Assembly: GCF_000143415.4 (NCBI RefSeq)
Contig: NW_003314295.1
Span: forward strand, 933,038-997,037
DNA: 64,000 bases
DNA from: Selaginella moellendorffii
Taxonomy: Eukaryota; Plantae; Lycopodiophyta
Reading direction: 5' to 3'
The notes beneath the pieces were generated by a model, which was not told where the DNA came from, did no database searches, and saw only the letters and a program-made list of their open reading frames with translations. A program made the translations under genes and the position numbers. Shown one piece after another: positions 50,470-62,415 of the stretch; the first letter of the stretch is position 1; each line of letters opens with the position of its first letter.

Positions 50470-53400
50470 GGATGCAATTAACTTTCTTCTGCCTCATCAT
50501 CAACATAATGATTTCTTTAATACTTCTTCCTATATTGGTATTGTGGGGAAGATTCACCTTGCATATATTGAGCCATGGCTTCTGCATAGTCAGGGAGACT
50601 TCAAAAGCCTATAATTCTAGAAACTCCAGGTGATTGTGATCTATAAAATAGAATGAAATATATATTGAAATTTTAATAAACATAATTTACCTCCTTGAGG
50701 TTGAAGGCAACTCACGAAATCCTCTGAGCCGGCGTTTAAAGAAATAATGTTCTTCAATAGCAAACACCAACCTACCAGAGTCACGTGCTCCCTCCACCAT
50801 AGAACCGCTACCTGCTGTGCAATCAATCACAATACCATCTGGTGAGCAATAGAGCTCAAGCAAGACTTGCATTGCCGATGGAGTTCGGAATCGGTACCCT
50901 AGAAACGTGTTGCGGATCTGCTCATCCACAAGGTTGGGTATGATGTTAGTGGAACTGTCATACCTAGGCAAAACACATGCTACACGTTCGCTATCACGAA
51001 ACCCATCATGTGTGTTTCTGCAGAAGGCATGATAGGTCCACATCATAACCTGGAAAATAAAAATATTTAGAAATTAGATAAAAATATAAAATACATACTC
51101 ACCTTTTCAGGCTTCCCTTGGACGCCCCTCGTATCAATGCCAATAGGATCCATGATACACTTGGAAGAGAATGACTTGAAATGAACTTCTGCTGTGCACG
51201 TCATAAGCTCATACATCCAGTTGGGGTCGTTCGGTAGGATGAAGACGACATGGCCAGCTTCGAGCATAAGTGCTTTGGACAATAGGAATGCATCGCGCAA
51301 GTGGTCAGGTGTGAGAAAGTTCCAATCCTCAACTTTCCCATCGATATCTGAAAGACCATCTGGAAAGTCGAAGAGAATGAAGTCCGCAACTGGGACCACG
51401 GGCCTTTATATCTTTCAGCACCAACGGTTGAACTGGCGGCATATATCCATGTTGATGTCGTCTTCCGTGAAAGATGTCAATAATCTACTGTAAGAGCCAA
51501 TGTAGATACCCACAATGCCTCGTTGTGTTATTAGGGACACAGGATGGACCTATAAAAGAGCTAAGTGAATGAAAAAAATAATAAATAGTATGATACCGTC
51601 ATATGGCATGTTGTCAATGAGAGTTCCTCCAACTCCTCTTCACGAGCATCTCGTCGAGCTGGAATGAAATTACTACCAACAGTCATTGCTGCAAAAAATA
51701 TGTATTACCACCTTTAGTTTGTAAAATTCACTTTTGCTTACCTCGAGGTCGACGTGATATTCTATAAACCACTTGATCATCGTTATTTATTGGTAGAACC
51801 TGATCCAGATCTTGGTTGTTTGATGGTTGAATTGGAGCTTATTTCTGACTGTCTGGTGGTGGAATACGAACTTAATCTGGAGCTTCCTCATCCTCGTCTC
51901 CATCGTCACTTGCATTGCCATCGTTGCTAGCATTGATAATTTCCTCACGATCTAGTGTAGAGGTCTCCTTCCCTAGGAGCTCCAACTCCCAAGGGCATTC
52001 TATCTTCCGTGCCTTCGAAACTCTCGCAAACATTGTTGGATACATTCCTCCATCTCTTACACCCTTTGCAACAAGTCGAGTGCAAACTGGTGCCTCAAAT
52101 GTCATGCCTCTATATCGAAGATACCTGTAAACAATATATATTAAAAAACAGTCTTAGAAATCATATTATACCTATAAGCTGCACGTCGCATGAAATAAGG
52201 TTGACCATGTTGGCAATCATAAGTTGTTGTGCTTGTAGACTTCTCTGGCAGCCACCCCTCTTCGATCCCTTCCAATGACGTGTTGATGTAGGTGTCAAAA
52301 GACATGAATGTGCCATCTGGATCGTCACCAATGTGTGGTGCCAAGAACTTCTCACCTTCACTTATAGTTTGCGTGATGTAGACAGCCCTTCTCATCATGT
52401 TCTCAAATAGTTCTGGTAGCCCTTTCTCTCTGTTCATCAAGCAGACATTGAGGAACTCCAGAGTCTCTATCTGTTGCTTATATGGAAGCTTCGATTTTGT
52501 GGTATTGTAAATCATGTCATCTGGAGTTTTGTTCACTGCAAAAGTAACATATGCATAATTAAGAAAAATGAAGTGTGATAAAAAACTTACATTCATGAGA
52601 AAAAATTTCGGCTATAGTCTCTAGCCACTCCTTCGGCCTGCGATTGTCTGCAATACATACTAGTTTCTTCAACTTTGAGGACTTTGCATGCTGAATTTTG
52701 TGCTCAATTTGTACAAACTCAATTGAGAGCTCTTCCCGACTCTTCTCCGGATATGCAAGTTCGTAAGCATCTTGTTTGACCTTCACCAAAGGCTAAAAAC
52801 TAAAACAATTAAAAGAGGCTTTTATAAAATAAAAGGGAAAGACATACCTTACACCACACAACGAGCATAAAACTGATTGGGTTGTTGAACCAAGTTGTAC
52901 CGTCATTTCAAGTGCGTGAGTGCCGAACAAGTGTTGCGAGATCATCACCGTAATGTTGGCAGATGTCATCCTCACTCAAGTCTGCCAAAAATCGAAGTTG
53001 CTCGATGTCATGGACAATATTTTGTTTTTCAACAGCGAACTGCCCAAGCCTACATTTAAACACAACAAAATAAGTTAAAGTGGAGTTAGAGGTAAAATTA
53101 TAAAACTTACATATTGATCTTTTGGCAGGCCAAGATAAGTCTGTTGACATCCAAAGGTCCCCTCGCATAGACATGGCCGACTGGAATGTTGATATGGTAG
53201 ACGGATCATCGCGAAAATGATCGTCGATACACTTCATCCAAGATCTATATCGGTGGTTACCGTCAATAATTTGGAATATTGTCCCCGCAAGCTGTCGAGT
53301 CTCAGGATGTTTGATAAGCATGTCATCAAATTCTAGGGACTTCCTCCTCCAAATAGGATCCCAGCTATTCACAATCTCGAGTGTGACAGTAATGATCTCC

Positions 53401-54090
53401 GTTGTTCCTGGCTTGCAAAAAGAGACTAGAAACATACCAATATTTGTTGCAAGGCCATTCTATTTGAACAAGCTGTATATATCCGGGTTGACATACTTGG
53501 ATGCTGTGCGGACAAGGTTCATCTGCTGCAAATGGCAAAGTGGGATTTCTCTGATCAAGTCACAAGAGCCTGGCCACTTGAGCGCCTTAAGTGTTTGGTG
53601 AACTGCTTTTTCCCTTGTCCGCATAACAGTCTCTTTGGAAACACTTGTCCACCATGTTGTCAAGAAGGTCTGCAACTCTTTCAGCTCCAGGCTGTTCCTC
53701 AGGTTCCCTATCGTGAACACCACTAGATTGCCCAACTTCAGGGATTTGCATTGGTGGTGGTGGCGGTGGTGGCGGGGGCAGAGGCAATAGTGGCAGTGGT
53801 GGTGGCAATGGTGGTGGTGGCAGTGGCAGCAGGGGTAGAGGCAATAGTGGTAGTGGTGGTGGCAATGGTGGTGGTGGCGGTGGCGATGGAGGTGGTGGAG
53901 GTGGTGATGGAGGTGGTGGAGGTGGTGATGGTGGAGGTGATGGTGGTGGAGGTGGTGAATCTCTAGCTAAATGTGTCTCTGTTGTGCCAATGGACATGTC
54001 GATTATGATGTCGTTGTTAGTGCCAAATTGAACTTCTCGTGTCTTCTTGGCTCCAACAACCTTTTTATGTGTTACAATTTTCCTTTTCTG
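50470..54090 (-). pseudogene. Multi-exon ParB-like + beta-class N6/N4 DNA methyltransferase-like gene (Pro-rich N-terminal part; 5' end probably in or beyond the gap)
   Basis: FQIIDGNHRYRSW (~53250, ParB/Srx-like), ADFILFDFPDG (~51360, motif IV position) and LLELYCSPDGIVIDCTAGSGSMVEGARDSGRLVFAIE (~50760-50870, SAM-binding motif I region). Has GT-AG introns, plus stops and frameshifts. Confidence 0.7.
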
Positions 54091-54297
54091 CAAGAGAAAA
54101 AGTTTTGTTAGTCAAACTAAATAAAGATAATGAGAAATTCAAATAGTCAAAGAGAAAAAAAAAATCAAGTGGGCCTAGACTCCACCTTGGGCACTTTTGG
54201 TGCCCCCAGGGGGCTGAGGTTATTTGAATAACCTCAGCCCCCTGGGCAGCCAAACTGCCCGAGGTGGCCGGCCCGAGCTCGAGCTCGGGCAGTTTTG

Positions 54298-54914
54298 NNN
54301 NNNNNNNNNNNNNNNNNNNNNNNNNNNNNNNNNNNNNNNNNNNNNNNNNNNNNNNNNNNNNNNNNNNNNNNNNNNNNNNNNNNNNNNNNNNNNNNNNNNN
54401 NNNNNNNNNNNNNNNNNNNNNNNNNNNNNNNNNNNNNNNNNNNNNNNNNNNNNNNNNNNNNNNNNNNNNNNNNNNNNNNNNNNNNNNNNNNNNNNNNNNN
54501 NNNNNNNNNNNNNNNNNNNNNNNNNNNNNNNNNNNNNNNNNNNNNNNNNNNNNNNNNNNNNNNNNNNNNNNNNNNNNNNNNNNNNNNNNNNNNNNNNNNN
54601 NNNNNNNNNNNNNNNNNNNNNNNNNNNNNNNNNNNNNNNNNNNNNNNNNNNNNNNNNNNNNNNNNNNNNNNNNNNNNNNNNNNNNNNNNNNNNNNNNNNN
54701 NNNNNNNNNNNNNNNNNNNNNNNNNNNNNNNNNNNNNNNNNNNNNNNNNNNNNNNNNNNNNNNNNNNNNNNNNNNNNNNNNNNNNNNNNNNNNNNNNNNN
54801 NNNNNNNNNNNNNNNNNNNNNNNNNNNNNNNNNNNNNNNNNNNNNNNNNNNNNNNNNNNNNNNNNNNNNNNNNNNNNNNNNNNNNNNNNNNNNNNNNNNN
54901 NNNNNNNNNNNNNN
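54298..54914. other. Assembly gap (617 N)
   Basis: Run of n characters. Confidence 1.
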
Positions 54915-55179
54915 TTGAGACCCGCTTCCACTTCCATTTTTTGAGTCCATTGCTTCCATTCCATTGCTTCCCTTTTTTTTTCTTGATTGCTTCTTTGCTG
55001 CCCGAGGTGGCCGGCCCAAGCTTGACCTCGGCCAGCAAAGAAGCAATCAAGAAAAAAAAAGGGAAGTAATGGAATGGAAGCAATGGATTCAAAAAATGAA
55101 ATGGAAGCAATCAAATCGAAACTCACCCTTGGTGGCATCTTTCCTCCCTCGATTTCTTGATCGTGCTAGATTTCTTGTG

Positions 55180-55420
55180 CACTCAATCTCTCCCGCTCGC
55201 ACACTCAATCTCTCCTGCTCGCGCACTCAATCTCTCCGGCTCGCACGCTCAAACTCTCCGGCTCGCGCGCTCAATCTCTCCCACTCGCGTGCTCAATCTC
55301 TCCCGCTCGCGCGCTCAAACTCTCGATCTCTTGCGCGCTCAATCGTTCGATCTCCTTTGCGCTCAATCCCTCGATCTCCTTCGCACTCAATCTCTCGATC
55401 TCTCGCGCGCTCCACTCACA
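55180..55420 (+). repeat. ~22-bp tandem repeat (CTCAATCTCTCCCGCTCGCGCG-like)
   Basis: About ten degenerate copies between the two divergent genes of the MULE. Confidence 0.85.
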
Positions 55421-56542
55421 ATGCGAACAGTAACCCTAATCCTGACGGCTGCCCTAACCCTAACCAATCTCTAATCCTGGCCGTTCATTCCGAATAACCT
55501 AAATTTCAACCATCACAATATCTTTGATCTTATTTTATCTTATCATTATTATTATATGTAAATTATGCTTCTTTATTTTGTATATTTTAATGATGGTATA
55601 ACTAGCACCTATCAACATTTCTGTTATTAGAGATATGATATTATATTTTACAAATTATCTAGAAAGGATGCATTCTCATCAATATTTTGTACATATTTTG
55701 GAATTGTTACAAGAACTTCAAAGAGTATAAATAAGGCATGTTAAAATATGTTGTACTATATCCATCTATGAATGGATGAATCCTCATCCAGAAATTTATT
55801 TTGTGTTGTATTAGATCCTAAACAATAGGCACGTGTTTTAAATGTCATTGAGCAGTGTTCACAATTATGGATAAAATTTGAGTTGTACTACGAATCAAAT
55901 CTGTCATTGAAGCATAAGATTTGACAAGATTTATTATCATCTACCACTTAAAATTTGACAACTTGACATATCACACATGCTGATAGTTAGATTGGATCTC
56001 ATGGTTTGATACGTTATAGCAGAATGTCATTACTGGTATCATTATTAACTATCAAACTTCACGTGTTGAAAATCTTTCCTTGGATCTATGTGTATACATG
56101 CATCAGACATCATAATAGATGACAGTAATATTAATATTGTCACACTTACACATGTTAAATTTGCTATAGAATTTAAATTCATTTTGTACGTTGTCTTCTT
56201 ATTACTCTATTTAAAATTCAATTATGTTTCACTATAGATTTTTACAAGTAGCATAAAGAGAAAGAACTCCAAAACCTATTGAGAAGGATGGAGAGGTTTC
56301 TTCTTCATTTTCGAGATCACCCACCTCTTTCATTCTCTCAGAGTATTGTTTCTAAAAGTTTTTTATGTCGGCGTTTTGATCTTCATCTTGGCTCTATTTC
56401 TTTAGAGGCTGTAATCCGCAATGACACCGGTATAGTTGCATACTCGGAGTTTCTTCTTTCTGGTGTGGGCAAGGGTGGACAACAATGGGATTTACAAAAT
56501 TCCAAGTCGAAGGAGATTCGAGTGTTCGGATCTCCAGTCAAA

Positions 56543-59500
56543 ATGCCAAAATGCGCTCTAGCGAAAGTGAATGTGAAGCAAGAGTCAGTCGTTATCCTCT
56601 CGTCCTCTTCTAGTTCAAGTGGAGATGTCATGCTAGTGTCGGCGCCAAATTCACCAGCTCCAACTCCAACTCTAACTCCAACTTCAGTAATATTCAAAGC
56701 CATTAGCAATGCTTTCTAGTTTTCACGCCTCTCAATCGACGTGCACTTGTTTTTGTATAGGCTTGTGAGTGAGCTTCCATCCTCCTACAACGGCAACATT
56801 TTCTTCGAGCTACCACCTTTTGTCAGCAGCACAGGTTCCAAACGGAAGGGGATGGAAACCAAGCAGGATGTCCACAATTGGTGCAAGATCAAGACCACAC
56901 ACTTCCAACATTTTGAAGGCACAATGTCTATAGTTCATTGTGGCGGGCATTTAGATTGTGTGGATGAAGCATGCAATCGAGACCGCTCTAGAAACTCTAT
57001 ATTTTTCGAAGGGTCTACAGTCAATCCTCCAGCCTGTGACACCATTGCTGTTGGATCCAAATGTCGATTCTGCAAAAATGCTCCTCTATGTCGTGCTATC
57101 TGCGAGGCCAAGATGTATTACTTTCTTCCACAGGATGGAGTGGCTGGAAGAGCTGCAGTGCATGTTAACACACATATGCATCCAATGCAGGAAGGGATAC
57201 AAAGGAGTTCTCTCAATCATTTCAAAGATGTTGTACAGGAAGAGACTATGAGAAACTCATCTGCAACTCCGAAGCATGTTCAGAAGACCATCCTCAAGGA
57301 TTTTATCACAAATACCTTACTCAATCTAGGTTGCCAAAAGACTCAACTAAACGAGGCTAGCTTGCGGGACTTACTATGAGGAGTACAGCCTGCTACTAGC
57401 ATAAGGAGGTACATCCGTTATTTTTCATACGTTATAATAATAATTTTTTCTTACATTATATTGTTTAGGATAAAATCTTGGATGTGTGAATCTCGAGAGG
57501 GGAAGTTGCAATCAAAAATTGACTCCATCCTTGAATTGAAACGGACCTGTCCATACGAGTTCATCTACGGAAGTTTGTTTCCAGACCAAGTTGTGAATGA
57601 GCAAGAGCACCCCTTCGTCTTCAAAATGTCTACCATGGGCCCTGCCTCTGGCGTAAATCTTGTCTCCCGAATGGACATGTTTGGGTCTAGTGATCTTGCA
57701 AATGCATGGGTACATTTTAACCATGGGAGCTCATGTGTATGATCCAAGGTAATTTTAATTCTCATTATATTGAAATTGTTATAATATTTATGTTTTCATA
57801 GGCTACGTTGTAACTTAACAATTGCGACAGCAGAGTTTAAAGTACAAGACCAGACAGCACAGGAAATATTTTGGAAGTCCCTCTCTGATATTGTCCTAAA
57901 GCAGATTGGTAAGCCTGCAAACTTTCGTGGTTTCATGGCAGATGGGGCTGGTGCAAACTGGAATGGTATCCGAGTAGTTTTTGGGAATGGTCAACCATTG
58001 GAAGGTCGTGAGAGGACTTGTGAGTTCCATTGGGCTCAAAGCCTAAACCAGCACTGCCACCTTATCAAGCCAGAGTTTCAATCAATATTTAAGGAGTTGT
58101 GCAAACAATGGCAGGTTGCACCTTCTGAAGAAGAGCATGAGGCAAAAGCAAACGAGATCCGAATGTGGTGGCGTGAAGATGGCTATACAGACGTAAGTTG
58201 CCTACCACAACTTGAGTCATGGTTAGGATGGTGGGAAGTTAGGATGTTCCAATGGGGACATCACTCTTTTCAGGTTGGTTTATATTTTTTCTTCTCCTTT
58301 TATTACCTTTTAATATTGGCTTTTCCATTATGATCAACCACTTGAGGACCTCGCATACACCCCAACTGTGAATCTCTCTGAAAGTAAGCATTGGAGTTGG
58401 CGTTCCTCTGAGGCAGGGAAAGGGAAGATGAGTCTATATGAAGCCTGTCTATCAGATTTGATACGTGCTATAGAGCAATCTTCAAAAGCACTGGCATTGG
58501 AGGAAGGAAGATACATGGGAATAGGGCCTTCTGTTGAGATGTTACATGATAGGATGAAGAGAAAATTAACTCCACCCGCCCGAACAGTGGCAACTGCAAT
58601 TGAGGAAGTGGTCCGTGGCACATCTATGGAGTACACTCCCTGAGCTTCTATTGGTGATATGAAGACTGTCCGCTCAAAGCGTTGTTTTTCCTTTTCTGGG
58701 GAAGATGTTGGTACGGACCTTGGAGCAAAAAGCTCTTACAGACCTGATGTCGAGTACCATTCTGCTCCAAGACACCGCTCTCGGACCGAGCCACCTCAAG
58801 TGGCTGATGAAGAGAGTGCATCACAACAGGTTGAAATTGCTTACTGTAACGTGGAGCCGAAGCAATAGGCAATCCGACGCGTGCCAGCAAAATTGAATGT
58901 AAGGTGTGTGGGGATGCTTCCGAGGGGCAAGTGTTGGGCCTGGATTCGTGGTGAAAAATCTGCTTCTGTTCCAGCCCCATGTTTCTATGGGGAACGAAAA
59001 CAAGTAGGATTTTCAAGATGGTGCTGACAGTGATTTTCAGTGTTGCAACACTGACGCCAACCATACAAAGCGGCTTGAAGACACTATAGTGACTAAACCT
59101 GATGCAATACCTAAAGAATGGCCGGTTGCTAATAGGGTCGTGCTCACCTTGGATGAGATTGAAAACCTTGAGAAATCTAGTTTTAATCTTGAGAGGAGAG
59201 TTGGAGACATGAGTGATAGGAGCAGGACTATTCCTACAGAGATGCACAGGAGGCCAGCACGAAAAGGTAAGGTAGTTAAATTTATTAGTACCATCTCCAA
59301 GCAGAAGCAAGGTAAAATAAACTTGGCTCAAACACTTGAGTGTGAGATTCTCTCCACGAAGTACATCATTGCGCTTGCAAAGGAGTACACAGTCAAAACA
59401 GAAGGTGGAGAGTACACAATTGCCATTCACGACTTTCCTTCTTGCACATGTCTAGACTTTACAAAGCGCGAGGAACATGGGAAGGCATATGCTCCTTGCA

Positions 59501-59616
59501 AGCATATGTACTACATCTTCATCAACATTTTGCACTAGGATCCTAAAGTGGATATTCATATACACCAAGCAAGCCTTACTATTGTTGAGTTGCAGAAAAC
59601 TTTTGGAGCTAATTAG
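56543..59616 (+). pseudogene. MULE-type DDE transposase with N-terminal Cys/His (GCM/WRKY-like) region and C-terminal SWIM finger, decayed
   Basis: FMADGAGANWNGIRVVFG..RERTCEFHWAQSL (D..CxxH), NLSESKH (E) and SWIM PSCTCLDF..PCKHMYYIF. Has introns, several stops and an apparent deletion near 57715. Confidence 0.85.
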
Positions 59617-59707
59617 ATTTCTCCAACACTATCGATGTTTATTCTCTATCAATAAAACTTATTATACTTTATATAATTAATACAAATGTGCTTTTTCATT
59701 ACACTTT

Positions 59708-60160
59708 TCATTTTATATGCTTCCGAGTGTTCTTCTCGCAATACTGCCCATAGTACTCGTGTGTCTCCATTTCTGTCTTTACCATCTCAAAAAAGATTTC
59801 ATGGTAGTCTTTCGGGTGCATGATGTTGCAGTATGTCGTAAGAGCATATATACCATCATACTGATCATTGCCATTGTTTCCACCAAACGCTAGAAAACAT
59901 ATGGGGCACTTCTTGAAAGTGGCAGAATTGCACTTTTCTAAAACAAGTAAGAGGGCATTCTTTTTCACCCAATTTGTTGCACCCTCTGTCATTGCATTTA
60001 TCTCCAACTCATGATCACTATCCTCACTATCCTCTCTTTCATTCTCTTGTGTGATTTGGTTATGCTGTGCAATGGGATAGTTATTGCATCTCCTAGCCCT
60101 TGAGCCCTGAGAAGAAAGATTGTGAGAGTTAAAATTACCAACACTAGAACCCATAGACAT
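59708..60160 (-). CDS. Small CPIC zinc-finger ORF (zf-XS-like), 150 aa, uninterrupted
   Basis: KCPICFLAFGG..YDGIYALTTYC..YHEIFFEMVKTEMETHEYY. Paralog of 49605-50150 at the opposite end of the MULE. Confidence 0.55.
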   Translation of the reverse strand: MSMGSSVGNFNSHNLSSQGSRARRCNNYPIAQHNQITQENEREDSEDSDHELEINAMTEGATNWVKKNALLLVLEKCNSATFKKCPICFLAFGGNNGNDQYDGIYALTTYCNIMHPKDYHEIFFEMVKTEMETHEYYGQYCEKNTRKHIK

Positions 60161-62127
60161 TTGTGGGTGTATTTCTCTTTTTTCGAATGAGAGTGTGAAT
60201 GAAGATCTATAAATTCTAAACAGTATACTACGACAAACCCCTCAAGAATGTATTCTACAAAGAACCAAGTCTTTCTTTTATATGCAATAAGCTTACATCA
60301 ATGGTTATTTTTTTTCCTTTCAAACAGTTATAAAGCTTCACATAGAATCTTATTTCAAATTTAATAATTTTTTAATTCTGACAAACCTAACATTTACTAG
60401 CTAGAAAGCATAGAGTACAAATTTAAAAAAGTGACAAGAATACTCTTTTTGCAAACATTTTATTTTATGTTCTAACAAATGTCCCTATCATTGCATGTAG
60501 TAAATATTTAAATTATTAGAACAAAAAGTGTTCTTTAGAACATTTTTATCTATATAATATATAGAGAGTTATTAAATTATTAGGTTCGCCATAACCTTAA
60601 AATTTTAAAATTTATAATGTTTGTACTAAATTACAATTGAAAATTGAGCTCAACTCGTGAGCTCAAGTATGGTCCGCGCCCAACCAACCTAAAGCATAAT
60701 CTAGCTCTTGCTTGCTTGCATATTTTTGTTCTATGTCCGACTTGGGTCTAACCCCAAGTTCCATACCATATTAGTTGGTGTGGTACCCATATCCTCGCAT
60801 TAGGCCATTGGTATACTGAAATAGCACTAAACTCTATTTGACTCCATTTTATGTATTGGTCCTAGAATTGGGATGCTAAATACTCTAGGACTGTTCCAAA
60901 TCGCTCTGTGCTTTTGTCTCTTCGTTCCTTGGGCTGTACGCTTGAGAGTCACTCCGTGCTCTTGTTCTTTCACTCCTTGGCTCCATGTTTAGGAGTTTGT
61001 CTTCATTCCTTCGTTCAATGGCCCAAGGTTTTGAAACTCAAGTTCCACTCCGCTATCTTTGGATACATGGCATGTGGCAGATGGGAGTGAATACAAACCG
61101 ACAAGCAGGGTAGCTTAGTGAAATGTTCAAGAGTTGGCTCTAGTTCCCCTGGGAGATTGAATGGTCGATGCTCCCAATCCAAGCGTGGGTGGCACTACCT
61201 ACTTAGATATTTAGCGTGGCTCAACGAAACCTCGCTCTAAGCCCATAGCTAGAGCACCCAAAGGCGGAAGGCAAGGAGAGTACCCATGAGGCTCGCATAG
61301 GGCTATAGTGTTCTGAAATGTTGTCCCAAAGTTCCGAATGATGGAAAAGAAGAGGAGTAGTCCTCTTCCTTTGTGACCAAGGATGCAGTCACATGACAAG
61401 GAAGTTCTAGAGAACAAGGGGACTTAGTGGTCGAGCTTGTGGCCCTTGATCTAGTAGCAGTGTTGGCAAACACGGCCATTGATAGAAAGGGATTTAGTGG
61501 GGACCGGAAAAGGGATATTGGGGAAGGTTATTCCCCATGTCTGCGGGCATCCTAAGGATGCTAAAGAGTAGATCTGGGATGATCACCTATGGACGGATGG
61601 CCCAATCTTTGAGAGACAGGACTGTGATGTAGGTGGTGTTAGACCACCGGTGTGACCAGGGTGAATGGGCATGGCCTTAGCGTGATAGGCTAATATGTCA
61701 GTGGTACCTTGGGGTGTCGACTATGGGATCGGACATGTGGAGCACTTGGACCAAGTGCAAAGGTTGAGTGGCATAGATGCCATTCTCGGGGATAGCAAGC
61801 CCCAAGTCTGGAATAGGATTTATGGAGGTTGTGAGTGAGACTCCTTCAAGTGGTCGAAAGTGTGGTTAAATGACTAAAGTAAAATGAAAAATTTAGTCAC
61901 TTACAATTTGGTATCAGAGTTGTTACTTAGTCCAACTCTTATTGGTGGCCAAGTATATCACCACTTGTATTGGAATTGAAAAGTTTGAGGTATGGACCTA
62001 TCCTTGAGGAATAGTATGTCAAGAGGACATAACTCTCCACTACAGTTCATGTGTGAATTTGTAGGCGGTATGGTGGAAGAAAAGGGCCAATAATGGAACA
62101 ACTTTATGATTTTAGGAATAGTATAAG

Positions 62128-62415
62128 ATGCTTTATTTTGTTAAAGTGGAACTTATTCAGTAAAGTGGGACATTAATTAGCATGTGTCCACATGCCATTT
62201 CCTAGTACTTAATTAATATTTATTAATATTTCTATCAGTTTTTTAATTTATTTTTTTATATTTCACAATATTATAACACAAAATCATATGAAAAGTTTTT
62301 AATTTATAAATTATAAAGCTAAAACTTCAATTTTTTATTGTTGTTATAAAAATGGCATGTGGCCACACACCATAAGTGGGATAATGAAAAGTTCCACTTT
62401 AACAAAATAAAGCAT
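62128..62415. mobile_element. MITE, 288 bp, 27-bp TIRs, 4-bp TSD
   Basis: TIR ATGCTTTATTTTGTTAAAGTGGAACTT and its exact reverse complement, with TAAG on both sides. Absent at the homologous site in A3 (~34430). Confidence 0.88.

Larger units (their letters stand above)
48341..60681. mobile_element. Mutator-like (MULE) DNA transposon, ~12.3 kb including a 617-N gap, with cargo genes
   Basis: Imperfect TIRs 48341-48385 and 60642-60681 (GGG..GG.CCA.A.TTGAG...GAGTTGAGCTCAATT). 8-bp TSD GACCAACC/AACCAACC. The host LTR is continuous across the insertion, and a transposase lies inside. Confidence 0.85.
47715..60880 (+). mobile_element. Family B 3' LTR (47715-48340 + 60690-~60880), split by the Mutator-like element
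   Basis: Preceded by a purine tract at ~47702-47714. Both halves are collinear with the reverse complement of 43265-44234. Confidence 0.7.

Noticed and set aside
53587-54093. Extensin-like SPPPP ORF as a cell-wall gene
   Set aside because: No signal peptide. It runs via a frameshift into the ParB-like region, so it is treated as a low-complexity part of that gene.
54065-55138. 200-357 aa ORFs in the track
   Set aside because: Artefacts of reading through the N gap.
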